Part shown: positions 35,719 through 44,588 of the stretch, one piece after another | Position numbering within the stretch: the first letter of the stretch is position 1 | Layout: every line of letters starts with the position of its first letter | Assembly: GCA_003660865.1 (NCBI GenBank) | Contig: QMVA01000001.1 | Span: forward strand, 1 to 46,661 | Length of the DNA stretch: 46,661 nucleotides | Source: Candidatus Nanohalarchaeota archaeon | GTDB lineage: Archaea; EX4484-52; B79-G9 | Direction of reading: 5' to 3' | The notes under the pieces: generated by a model | What the model saw: only the letters and a program-made list of their open reading frames with translations | The model's database searches: none | Told to the model about the DNA's origin: nothing | Position numbers and translations under genes: made by a program

Positions 35719-36453
35719 ATGATAAAAACAGGAAAAATAGAGAAAAAAATAACGGGCAAACTGGAAGAAGACAACATTCTTCATTTTACTGTTATTGACC
35801 CAACAGATTATGACAATAGTTTAGTCTGTGATGAGATTGTGAAGAAGGCAAGCGGCTTCGGAACAGATGCTATCCTCTTGAGGCCGTCACTTGGAGTGTC
35901 TCCGCTTACAATCAGCAAGTGCGCCCGTGAAATCAAGACATGCACAGATCTGCCTGTCCTTCTCCTTCCGACAAACGTCTGCGATATCACAGAAGGAATT
36001 GATGCACTATTATTTGTCACCCTCCTGAACTCAAGAAACATCTACTGGATGGTAGGCGCACAAGCTCTCGGCGCCCCGATTGTGAAAATGATGGGTATTG
36101 AGACAATACCCACTGCATATCTTGTAATAGAGCCAGGCGCCACACTCTCATGGATTGGTGATGTCAAGCCAATACCAAAAGATAATTCCCGCCTTGCAGC
36201 TATGCATGCACTTGGCGGTGAATATTTTGGCATGAGGTACCTGTACCTTGAAACCGGTGCAAAAAGTGAGACTCAGGTGCCTGTTGAGATGCTTCGGGAG
36301 ATATCAAAAATGTCAGATATAACTATAATCACAGAAATTCACGGCGCAACAAAAGAGCGTATAGAATCGACAGTGAATGCAGGCGCCAGAATCATAGTCA
36401 CAGAATATCGTGATGACCTCAAGTCAGTCATCTCGGTAATCAAAAACAGATAG
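35719..36453 (+). CDS. Divergent GGGP synthase (PcrB-family) paralog lacking the glycine-rich phosphate-binding motifs
   Basis: It aligns along its whole length with the neighbouring GGGPS (LLNSRNIYWMVGAQ, IPTAYLVIEPG, YFGMRYLYLE). However, it has LRPSLG for LGGSIG, LLPTN for LFPGN, ETGAKSE for ESGSGAP, and ITEIHGAT for IAGGVKT. ATG 35719 was preferred over TTG 35704. Confidence 0.7.
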   Translation: MIKTGKIEKKITGKLEEDNILHFTVIDPTDYDNSLVCDEIVKKASGFGTDAILLRPSLGVSPLTISKCAREIKTCTDLPVLLLPTNVCDITEGIDALLFVTLLNSRNIYWMVGAQALGAPIVKMMGIETIPTAYLVIEPGATLSWIGDVKPIPKDNSRLAAMHALGGEYFGMRYLYLETGAKSETQVPVEMLREISKMSDITIITEIHGATKERIESTVNAGARIIVTEYRDDLKSVISVIKNR

Positions 36454-36464
36454 TAATATTTGGA

Positions 36465-37226
36465 CTATCTTTTCAAATGAATAGCATCCGCAAACTTTTT
36501 GATGCGCGTAAGGGGATCCTTGGAGTCCTCTATTTTTGTGCCTACATGGATACAGTTTGCTCCTGCACGGATAAGTTCGCCTGCCTGTGCAGGTGTCTTC
36601 ACACCGCCGGCAATCACAATGTTGATATCCACATTCTTTTTTACAGCAGAGACTAATTGCTTGGGTACAGGCTGTGGCGCCCCGGACCCGGACTCAAGAA
36701 TAGCAAATCTCATACCCATATACTGTGCAGCCATAGCATAAATAACCGCAAGATCAGGCTTGATCTTCGGAAGAAGCCTTGACTCACCAACCCACCCCAC
36801 AGTCTGGCCCGGCTCAAAAACAAGATATGCAGTAGGAATCGGCTCCACATCATACTTCTTTATAGTCGATGCACTCAGAATCTGCGCACCGGCAATCCAG
36901 TAAGGATTCTTAGAATTCAAAAGGCTCATAAAGTAAATTGAATCAGCGTATTTTGTGACATTGCCGATATTTCCCGGGAAGAGGTGAAGCGGAACGTCTA
37001 CATTTTCCTTTATCTGTTTTGTGATATTGTCAAGGAACTGACCTTGCGCACCGATTGAGCCTCCAAGCATGATGACATCAGCGCCGCCTTCACACAGGTC
37101 TTTTGCCAGGTTGACTGCGCTATCCGGAGTGTGCTTAATTGGGTCAGGATCGATCAGGCCCATAAACACACCTGAACCGCTTTCGATAATATCATTAATG
37201 TGCTTCTCTGTTTTTCCGATTTTCAT
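36465..37226 (-). CDS. Geranylgeranylglyceryl phosphate (GGGP) synthase
   Basis: A canonical PcrB/GGGPS pattern is present: GADVIMLGGS, LFPGN, LLNSKNPYWIAGAQ, ILESGSGAP, VIAGGVKT. Confidence 0.9.
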   Translation of the reverse strand: MKIGKTEKHINDIIESGSGVFMGLIDPDPIKHTPDSAVNLAKDLCEGGADVIMLGGSIGAQGQFLDNITKQIKENVDVPLHLFPGNIGNVTKYADSIYFMSLLNSKNPYWIAGAQILSASTIKKYDVEPIPTAYLVFEPGQTVGWVGESRLLPKIKPDLAVIYAMAAQYMGMRFAILESGSGAPQPVPKQLVSAVKKNVDINIVIAGGVKTPAQAGELIRAGANCIHVGTKIEDSKDPLTRIKKFADAIHLKR

Positions 37227-37278
37227 AACAATTATTGCTACTTTAAAATATTTAAATGTGTTAATCGAATTGAGATGT

Positions 37279-38100
37279 ATGAATGCTTACTTTAGTATAA
37301 TAAGGCCAAATGTCTGCTTTCTTGCAGTTTTCGGGGTTCTCGTCGGGGTGATATTATCATTTGCACGCAGTCCTGCCATAATCCTGATAGCCCTGCTTGC
37401 GGCGTTTTTAATATGCGCCGGTGGAAATGTCATCAATGACTATTATGATTACGAAATCGATAAAATCAATAAACCTAAAAGGCCGCTGCCATCCGGCAAA
37501 ATAGCTCCTAAGAAAGCCGCAGCATATTACCTTGTGTTAAGTGCGACTGGTGTCGCTCTTGCTCTTCTTGTAAGTCCTGCATTCTTCTGGATTGCTGTTT
37601 TTAACTTCACGATATCGACGCTATACGCATGGAAGCTAAAGAAAATTGCGATAATCGGTAATATTGCAGACTCATTCCTTGCAGCAGTTACCTTTCTTTC
37701 GGGCGCATTAATAGGCATGGGTTTTTTGGATTTGTTGAATTCGCCGGTTTTGATACTGGCAGGTGTTGCTTTTCTTACTACTATGGGACGCGAGATATAC
37801 AAAGATATTGAGGATATTAAGGGGGATGAATCACTTGGCGCGAGGACACTGCCAATAATTGTGGGGGGTGCGGTGTCAATGACCTTTGCACGTATCCTTG
37901 TATTTTCGGGTGCGATAAGCGCAACCGTGCCTTATGTCTACCATGTATTCGGAATCAGTTACATAATATCAGTAATTCCATGCATTACAGTGCTCCTCTA
38001 CTCAATAATGTTAAAAGATCCAAAAAAAGCGCAAAAAACAGTGAAGGTTGGGATGTTTCTTGGGATATTTGCGTTTCTTGTGGGTGTGCTTATAGGATGA
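37279..38100 (+). CDS. UbiA-family prenyltransferase, probable digeranylgeranylglyceryl phosphate (DGGGP) synthase
   Basis: Contains NVINDYYDYEIDKINKPKRPLPSG (NxxxDxxxD) and a second Asp-rich motif YKDIEDIKGD, with about 8 TM helices. The start was set at ATG 37279. The track's extension to 37069 is antisense to the GGGPS gene. Confidence 0.85.
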   Translation: MNAYFSIIRPNVCFLAVFGVLVGVILSFARSPAIILIALLAAFLICAGGNVINDYYDYEIDKINKPKRPLPSGKIAPKKAAAYYLVLSATGVALALLVSPAFFWIAVFNFTISTLYAWKLKKIAIIGNIADSFLAAVTFLSGALIGMGFLDLLNSPVLILAGVAFLTTMGREIYKDIEDIKGDESLGARTLPIIVGGAVSMTFARILVFSGAISATVPYVYHVFGISYIISVIPCITVLLYSIMLKDPKKAQKTVKVGMFLGIFAFLVGVLIG

Positions 38101-38104
38101 TACT

Positions 38105-39040
38105 ATGAAAATATTGATTACAGGTGGCAGCGGGTTTTTTGGTAGTCGCCTTGTGAAAAAATTGCTTTTGGCGGGGCATAGTGTGATTGTTTACTCGCGT
38201 CATGAATCTCGCGATGTTAAAGGGATGGGTGCAGAGCAGGTCATTGGGGATGTGTTGGATGAGGATAAATTAATTTCTGCTTTTGAAAGGGTGGATGTAG
38301 TATACCACATGGCAGCAAATCTCGATGAAAGCAACCCAGAAATGTACAAACAAAACATAGAGACCACAAAAAATGTAATATGCGCATGCAAAAAAAACAA
38401 AGTCAAGCGGCTTATATTCACAAGTTCAATAGGCGTCCTAGGATACACAAAAACACCAGCAACAGAAGACATGTCCTACAACCCGACCACTGTCTATGAA
38501 AAAAGCAAAGCTGGATGCGAAAAGCTGATAAAGGAATCCGGGATGACGTATACTATTGCGAGGATAACTATAGTCTATGGAGCGAATAAGTTCTGGGGGC
38601 AGATATTTGATGCTGCAAAGAAAGGTTATCCTGTAATTGGTTCTGGGAGTAATTGGTGGCATCTGGTATATGTTGATGATGTCGTTGACGCGTTACATCT
38701 CATGCTGAAAGGCAAAGCGGAAAATCAGATATATCACATCGCGGACAATGACCCGCACACATATCTTGAAACATATAAAATAATATCCGGGACCATCGAC
38801 GTACCGGAGCCGAAGAAACATGTTCCTGTTGTTCTTGTGAAGGCCATGGCACTAATCCACGAAACAAAATGCACAGTTTTAAAACAAAAACCAGATGTAA
38901 CAAAGATGCGCTCAAGCATAGATCGACTGATAAGGAACAGGATAGTAAGCATCAAAAAAGCAAAAAAAGAACTGGGCTACGACCCAAAATACGACCTCAA
39001 AACCGGCATGAAAAAGACATACGAATGCCTGAGAGAATAA
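38105..39040 (+). CDS. NAD(P)-dependent epimerase/dehydratase-family SDR
   Basis: Contains ILITGGSGFFG and YEKSKAGCE (YxxxK). The substrate is unknown. Confidence 0.85.
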   Translation: MKILITGGSGFFGSRLVKKLLLAGHSVIVYSRHESRDVKGMGAEQVIGDVLDEDKLISAFERVDVVYHMAANLDESNPEMYKQNIETTKNVICACKKNKVKRLIFTSSIGVLGYTKTPATEDMSYNPTTVYEKSKAGCEKLIKESGMTYTIARITIVYGANKFWGQIFDAAKKGYPVIGSGSNWWHLVYVDDVVDALHLMLKGKAENQIYHIADNDPHTYLETYKIISGTIDVPEPKKHVPVVLVKAMALIHETKCTVLKQKPDVTKMRSSIDRLIRNRIVSIKKAKKELGYDPKYDLKTGMKKTYECLRE

Positions 39041-39083
39041 CAAGTGCTTCAAGTATTTAAATCTCCACAAAAAAGGAGAGTCC

Positions 39084-39728
39084 ATGATAATACCCTATGA
39101 ATTTATAGGCAAAGTTGCTGTCTACTTCTCCCTCATAATCTTTCTAATACTGCTAATAGCCATGGGTCTCGGCGCATATTCATTCAAAAAAAAGAAAATA
39201 ATCTTCCCAAACGTCGTATTATTCATACTCGATCTGCTATATTCCCCTGCAAAACAGATATGCAGGATATTTTCGATTCGAAGTACTATCATAGATGAAA
39301 TCCAGATAGAGATTAGAAATGCAGTTAATTTGGATAAGTTTATAGCGCAAAAGAAAGATAAGGCATTGATTGGGCCACAGTGCATGAGACATCCTGAATG
39401 CAAGGCCCGTTGCGATCCGATAAGAGGGTATAAATGTCTTGGCTGCGGCAAATGTGACTACACCTTTATAAAAAAGGCATGTGATAAATATGGATATAAA
39501 TTGTATATCATACCTGGCGGGAGTTTCGTTAAGAAAATCATGAAAGTGGATAAGCCAAAAGTTGCATTTGGTATTGCCTGTTTCAATGAGCTGAATGAGT
39601 CCATGCGTGATCTTTCGCCAATTGTCCCTGTACAGGGCGTACCGCTTACAAGGGACGGATGCTTTAATACAGCAGTAAATGTAGATGATGTGGTTGAGAA
39701 GATGAGGTTGTGTTCTGATGATGTATGA
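39084..39728 (+). CDS. DUF116 (COG1852) cysteine-rich membrane protein, paralog 1
   Basis: An N-terminal TM helix is followed by GPQCMRHPECKARCD...YKCLGCGKCDY...GIACFNEL...GVPLTRDGCFNT, the conserved-Cys pattern of DUF116. Confidence 0.8.
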   Translation: MIIPYEFIGKVAVYFSLIIFLILLIAMGLGAYSFKKKKIIFPNVVLFILDLLYSPAKQICRIFSIRSTIIDEIQIEIRNAVNLDKFIAQKKDKALIGPQCMRHPECKARCDPIRGYKCLGCGKCDYTFIKKACDKYGYKLYIIPGGSFVKKIMKVDKPKVAFGIACFNELNESMRDLSPIVPVQGVPLTRDGCFNTAVNVDDVVEKMRLCSDDV

Positions 39729-40344
39729 ACTGCTGGGAAAGATTATTGTTTACTGTGTGTGGATTGCTGTAGTTTTGGTGACATTGTCTCTGTTTGTTGG
39801 ATATATTGCACTGAAGAGAAGAGTGGTACTTTATTCCTTTTCTGCAGATGTTCTTGATTTTTTCTATATGCCCTTAAAAACAATTTATGCGAGGTTTGGA
39901 AATACGAAGAAACTTGATGCGATTATGGTTGGGCTGAAGAATATGACGAGCGAGGAGAAGTATGCGGAAACCAAGAATAGGATACTTCTTGCGCCGCATT
40001 GCATGAGATCGCTTGACTGTCCTGCATATAGCGCGCGGGACGGGATACAATGCAAATCATGCGGCAAATGCGTGTTTACTGACATCAAAAAAACAGCAGA
40101 GGATTTGGGTATCAGATTGTATATTCTTACTGGCTCTTCCGCTGTTAAATACGTTGTAAAGCGCGATAAGTTTGATGGCATATTGCTGCTTGCATGTGAT
40201 TATGAGCTGAATAAGGTGATGCGGTCACTTGCGCCCCTGGATGTCCCAGTATACGGCGTCCCCCTGACAAAAGACGGCTGCTACAACACAGAAGCGGATG
40301 TAGAAGCGCTTTACAGCGCAATGAAGATGGGACTAAATAAGTAA
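39718..40344 (+). CDS. DUF116 (COG1852) cysteine-rich membrane protein, paralog 2
   Basis: Has the same architecture: APHCMRSLDCPAY...IQCKSCGKCVF...LLACDYEL...GVPLTKDGCYNT. It overlaps paralog 1 by 11 nt. Confidence 0.8.
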   Translation: MMYELLGKIIVYCVWIAVVLVTLSLFVGYIALKRRVVLYSFSADVLDFFYMPLKTIYARFGNTKKLDAIMVGLKNMTSEEKYAETKNRILLAPHCMRSLDCPAYSARDGIQCKSCGKCVFTDIKKTAEDLGIRLYILTGSSAVKYVVKRDKFDGILLLACDYELNKVMRSLAPLDVPVYGVPLTKDGCYNTEADVEALYSAMKMGLNK

Positions 40345-40374
40345 TAACTTTTGTTGATAAAATGAGATTCTTTT

Positions 40375-41079
40375 TTATTTTTTCGCAATAAAAACACCAT
40401 ATGTTGCAATATTGTCCTTATCAGAGAATAATCTCTTCTGATTAAGACACATTATTGTATTATCATGAATGCATTTTGGTACTAATCTAAAAAGGTACAT
40501 TAATAAGGTAAGTAAATATCCGAATAAACCTAACCTATATATTCTATTTCTTGTTTTTCTTATTGATTTAAAATTATCATAATATTTGATATTCTTAAAA
40601 CCTGCTTTTTTTAAATCTTTAAAGAATTTTTTTTTGGTAGATAGATTAGGTAAATCCCATCCAACCAAACAGCTCTTTAATACTTGATTTTCCTTTTTAT
40701 TAAGATTTTCTCTTACAAGAAAACCATCTGAAATCACCAGAATTCCATTGTTTTTTAATAATCTATATGCTTCAATAAGAAAATCTAAACTGTTTTTTGT
40801 ATAGCAAATACTTTCGATTCCGTATATTTTAGTAAATGACTTATCTTTGAAATCAGTCTTCGTATAATCTTGTTGAGAAAAAGTAATATTATTTAGTCCA
40901 ATTATATTTGCTTTCTTCCTCACTCTTATCAATTGCCTCTTTGACAAAGTAATACCAATAATCTTTGCATTGTATCGTTTTCCGATAAATAGACCTGTTC
41001 CACCGATACCACAACCAGCGTCAAGAATTATATCTTTGTCGTTAAGATCCAAACATTTAACGACAAATTTATTAGACAC
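40375..41079 (-). CDS. Class I SAM-dependent methyltransferase (Methyltransf_11-like), AT-rich, probably acquired
   Basis: Motif I ILDAGCGIGGTG is present. In a 100-nt sample I counted about 27 G+C, against about 37 or more in the adjacent DUF116 gene. The gene is flanked by a duplicated DUF116 3' end. Confidence 0.8.
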   Translation of the reverse strand: MSNKFVVKCLDLNDKDIILDAGCGIGGTGLFIGKRYNAKIIGITLSKRQLIRVRKKANIIGLNNITFSQQDYTKTDFKDKSFTKIYGIESICYTKNSLDFLIEAYRLLKNNGILVISDGFLVRENLNKKENQVLKSCLVGWDLPNLSTKKKFFKDLKKAGFKNIKYYDNFKSIRKTRNRIYRLGLFGYLLTLLMYLFRLVPKCIHDNTIMCLNQKRLFSDKDNIATYGVFIAKK

Positions 41080-41239
41080 GACTGATTTTTTGGGAATTGA
41101 TATTTATATTTTGATTGGGCTACATATTGCATGAAACGCTACTAATTCTCAAAAAATCACCAAAAAAAAACAACATCATGTTCGCATCCATCAACTTATC
41201 TAAAAACACAAAAACAGAATAATTTGACAGCATACTACA

Positions 41240-41358
41240 GCTTGCATGCTCTTATGAATTACACATCCCTGTATACGGCGTCCCGCCTGACAAAAGATGG
41301 CTGTTATAATACCAACGGGCTGGAATCGCCGTATAGTGCAATGAAAATGGGACTCTAG
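41240..41358 (+). pseudogene. Degenerate duplicate of the 3' end of the DUF116 gene
   Basis: gcttgcatg..tatga..cc.gtatacggcgtccc.cctgacaaaaga.ggctg.ta.aa...gcaatgaa.atgggact aligns with 40188-40335. It carries an internal deletion of about 30 nt and a 1-nt insertion that breaks the frame. It ends at TAG 41356-41358, directly abutting the GGR stop codon. Confidence 0.8.
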
Positions 41359-42375
41359 TTACGCGAAGAATTTAAGAAAAATCTCTCTGCCCAAACGAGT
41401 TCTTAAACCAACACCCAAAAATTCAAATAATATAGGTCCGATATGTTCTTGTTCCAGAAAGGGTAATACGGATTCCTGCAATCTTTTGTGTTTCAATAAT
41501 TTTGAGATGTCTTTGTTATAGTCATAATTTTTATCAATAATTGATTGTGCAGCAATTTGCCCGGAAAGTATTGCAGAATAAATTCCTTCTCCACTAAATC
41601 CAAATGCAAGTCCTGCGGCATCACCAACCAAAAATATGTTGCCGAACTTAAATCCCTGATAATCATAATTGATTGTCGCAGCCTGAAATTCTGCACCTTT
41701 TAAGTCAATGCCCCTTTTTTTGCACCATGAATCAAGTTTCTTGCGCAGTTTTGGAATATTCTTTGTTCCTAATTTTGCGCACGTTCCAACTGAAAACGTA
41801 TTTTTATACGGAAATATCCACACATATCCTGAGCCAAATATTTTGTGGTCAAAACAACCCATAGCGTAGTTACTCTCTTGATTTACAATATATTGTATTC
41901 CAATGTCTATTTTATTCGTAGGCACGTTCAGATATTTTCTTACTGTGGAGATACTGCCGTCTGCACCAATAAGATAATCATATTTTATCTTTTTGCCAGA
42001 ATAGACAACATACTCCTTTGTAACTGACGTGACCCTGCTACTTGTTCTGATGGCTACACCATTATCTGTAGCCTTATTTTTCATGTAAGTGCCGAGAACT
42101 GCTCTGTCTATAGTATATCCTACAGTCTTATTATATTTTACAACAATATTATGGTGTGATCTAAGTAAACGAAAAGAATTGAAACTGCGCTCAAAAAGAT
42201 TTACAGGAATTCTAAGCTTTTTACATTTTAAACTTATACCTCCGGCGCATACCTTCGGACCCACAACATCATTCTTCTCAAGAACCAGAACATCCTTTCC
42301 TGCGCCTGCAAGAACTTCGGCTGCTTTCAGTCCCGCAGGACCCGCCCCGACAATCACAACATCATGTTTTTCCAT
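41359..42375 (-). CDS. Geranylgeranyl reductase family FAD-dependent oxidoreductase
   Basis: The dinucleotide-binding motif is HDVVIVGAGPAGLKAAEVLAGAGKDVLVLEK, with LIGADG and GDAAG downstream. The protein is 338 aa. Confidence 0.85.
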   Translation of the reverse strand: MEKHDVVIVGAGPAGLKAAEVLAGAGKDVLVLEKNDVVGPKVCAGGISLKCKKLRIPVNLFERSFNSFRLLRSHHNIVVKYNKTVGYTIDRAVLGTYMKNKATDNGVAIRTSSRVTSVTKEYVVYSGKKIKYDYLIGADGSISTVRKYLNVPTNKIDIGIQYIVNQESNYAMGCFDHKIFGSGYVWIFPYKNTFSVGTCAKLGTKNIPKLRKKLDSWCKKRGIDLKGAEFQAATINYDYQGFKFGNIFLVGDAAGLAFGFSGEGIYSAILSGQIAAQSIIDKNYDYNKDISKLLKHKRLQESVLPFLEQEHIGPILFEFLGVGLRTRLGREIFLKFFA

Positions 42376-42424
42376 TATACCATTTTGGCAATCAATATTT
42401 ATATTTCAGACTCCTATTTGTAGT

Positions 42425-42889
42425 ATGCAGCGCTATTTCCTCTCAAAAAAGGTCACGAAGAAAATCAATAGTATGTTTCCGTCTGTGGATATATCCAAGA
42501 GTACTAAGGTGGAGTATGTAAAGGACGAGGATGTTGAGGTTATATTTATGGATGATGTGCTGTCGTTTTTCTATACCGGCAAGAAGCTTTTTCCTGCGCT
42601 TAAGTTTGTTCATGGGAAAGAGGATGATTTCAAGAAGATTACAGTTGATATGGGTGCTGTGAAATTTGTCTGTTCCGGTGCGGATGTCATGAGACCAGGT
42701 GTAACACATATAGATGAGAATGTTTTGAAGGACGATACTGTGATTGTTGTTGATGAGAAAAATGGCAAGGCGCTTTGTGTGGGTATAGCGCTTGAAGATG
42801 CGGATGAAATGAATAAGATGAAGCTGGGCAAGGCAGTAAAGAGCGTTCACTTTGTGGGCGATAAGATATGGAATTATAGTGTTGATTAG
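42425..42889 (+). CDS. PUA-domain RNA-binding protein
   Basis: Contains the GADVMRPGV and VVDEKNGKALCVGIA pattern of PUA domains. The start was set at ATG 42425. The track's longer ORF (from 42089) runs antisense through the GGR gene. Confidence 0.8.
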   Translation: MQRYFLSKKVTKKINSMFPSVDISKSTKVEYVKDEDVEVIFMDDVLSFFYTGKKLFPALKFVHGKEDDFKKITVDMGAVKFVCSGADVMRPGVTHIDENVLKDDTVIVVDEKNGKALCVGIALEDADEMNKMKLGKAVKSVHFVGDKIWNYSVD

Positions 42890-42904
42890 AATAAGGGTGA
42901 TATC

Positions 42905-43282
42905 ATGCCAGAAAAAGCCGCAAAAAAACAAAACAAAATCATCGAAAACATATCCAAAAAAACAATCGGAAAAAGCGCAGACACAGTCGCAGACTACATA
43001 GACCTCTTATCGCAGATGATTTCAGAATACCTGAACCAGAGATATAAGATTGAAAGGAAAGTCGAAGATATAAAGAGCGCGGCAATACAGATACTGTTTC
43101 TTTTCAAAAGAGAATTTGTGAAGACAATACTTGAGACGCTTTTTTTGGTTACAGGGATATTTGCGCTAATAGGCGGAGTCGTCATGTTGATGTCAAGATA
43201 CATTCCACTGGATATTCTCCTTATCGGCTATGGATTCATTGTAACTCTTGCGGTTCTTTTGAGAATGAAGCTCAAAGTGTAG
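42905..43282 (+). CDS. Hypothetical membrane protein
   Basis: 125 aa with a charged N-terminal half and two C-terminal TM helices. No family was recognised. Confidence 0.6.
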   Translation: MPEKAAKKQNKIIENISKKTIGKSADTVADYIDLLSQMISEYLNQRYKIERKVEDIKSAAIQILFLFKREFVKTILETLFLVTGIFALIGGVVMLMSRYIPLDILLIGYGFIVTLAVLLRMKLKV

Positions 43283-43288
43283 GATACT

Positions 43289-44584
43289 TTATTCAATTAG
43301 TTCCTTATGGAGCATGTTCAGGAGGGCGTATGTCCGGTCGTTTTCCTTTATCCCGAAATATATTGCGGCGCTTTGCCTGTCGTGGGATATAAACTCGATC
43401 TCGATATTCTTATCTACAAGGCACTTTGAAATCCTGTTCATGACTTTTGGATTATCTTCGACTTCTTCGCCTACGATTGCTATGGTGTGTACTTTTAGCT
43501 GTCTTATCTCGCCGAATTCCTGAAGATTGTCTTTTGTGTCTCTGATATTTGTTGTGGTATAACCGATAATCGGGTTGCCAGACATGACAATATCCACATC
43601 GTTCTTGATTGATGCAAATACTTTTGCAAGGAAGCCCTCGGTTCCGATCATTGCAGGGTTGTGGATGGATGTATGTGTCTGATTGATCATGGTGATGCAC
43701 TTGATGCCTTTAGTCTTTGCCAGAGGCACAATCCGTGTGCCTTTGTGTGCAGGATTAAAGGTATTTTTGATAATTACAGGGATGTTTGAGGTCTTGAGTG
43801 GGTCAAGAATCTTTGGATATATTATTTTTGCCCCGTGACCTGCCATTTCCTCTGCTTCGGAGTAAGATATTTCGTCTACTGTTCTTGCGTTTTTTACGAT
43901 TCTTGGATCTGCTGTAAGTATTCCGTTCTGGTCACTGTATATTATAATCTCATCTGCGCCTATTGCCTCGCCGATAAGGGTCGCAGTCTGGTCAGATCCT
44001 CCACGGATCATGCAGGTTATTTTTCCGTTCTCGTTTGCGATGAATCCTTCTGTAACTGCAATCCTGCCTGATTTTATTGTCTTTTTTATCAGTTCTGATG
44101 ATTCTGTTATCTTTTGGAAATGCGGGTTCGTGTTAATGAAGTGTATAATGTTTCCTGCGTCCACATAAGAGATGTCAAGTTTCTGGTCACAGAGCAGGTA
44201 ATACATTATCTGCACAGACATTCTCTCTCCGAAGCATTCCAGGGGGTATTTCGGGTCATTGAGATGTTTTTCAATTTCGAGAATGATGTGCTCTATATCT
44301 TTTTTTGCTTCTTTCCTGTATCTTTTACTTTGGATGCATTCATTAATCAGATCTATGTGCCGCTTCCTTAATCTGCATAGGATTTTCTCCTTTTTGTTTG
44401 AGGTTTTCAGTTCTATAAGCTCATCAGTAACTTTGCCATGTTGCGGGGTTGCTCCGAGTGCAGAAACAACAATGCATAATTTGTCATCCTTATGGTTACT
44501 GATGATCTTGACTACGTTGAGAATTGCATCTTTACTCGCGACAGAAGTTCCCCCGAATTTCATGACAAGTGTCTTTTTGCTCAT
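43289..44584 (-). CDS. Aspartate kinase
   Basis: Begins LVMKFGGTSVAS, contains VVSALG and a GGSD-type motif (RGGSDQTA), and has an ACT-like C-terminal region. Confidence 0.9.
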   Translation of the reverse strand: MSKKTLVMKFGGTSVASKDAILNVVKIISNHKDDKLCIVVSALGATPQHGKVTDELIELKTSNKKEKILCRLRKRHIDLINECIQSKRYRKEAKKDIEHIILEIEKHLNDPKYPLECFGERMSVQIMYYLLCDQKLDISYVDAGNIIHFINTNPHFQKITESSELIKKTIKSGRIAVTEGFIANENGKITCMIRGGSDQTATLIGEAIGADEIIIYSDQNGILTADPRIVKNARTVDEISYSEAEEMAGHGAKIIYPKILDPLKTSNIPVIIKNTFNPAHKGTRIVPLAKTKGIKCITMINQTHTSIHNPAMIGTEGFLAKVFASIKNDVDIVMSGNPIIGYTTTNIRDTKDNLQEFGEIRQLKVHTIAIVGEEVEDNPKVMNRISKCLVDKNIEIEFISHDRQSAAIYFGIKENDRTYALLNMLHKELIE

Positions 44585-44588
44585 GATA

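Noticed and set aside
37069-37278. N-terminal extension of the UbiA prenyltransferase ORF, and similarly 34663-34836 for nnrD and 21009-21128 for pyrC
   Set aside because: The extensions overlap the neighbouring gene on the opposite strand or AT-rich promoter sequence. Homology-typical N-termini begin at the internal ATGs, which have TATA-like boxes about 25-30 nt upstream.
42089-42424. Long N-terminal extension of the PUA-protein ORF (266 aa in the track)
   Set aside because: The extension runs antisense through the geranylgeranyl reductase gene and has a P/S/T/F-rich non-protein-like composition. The PUA homology begins at ATG 42425.
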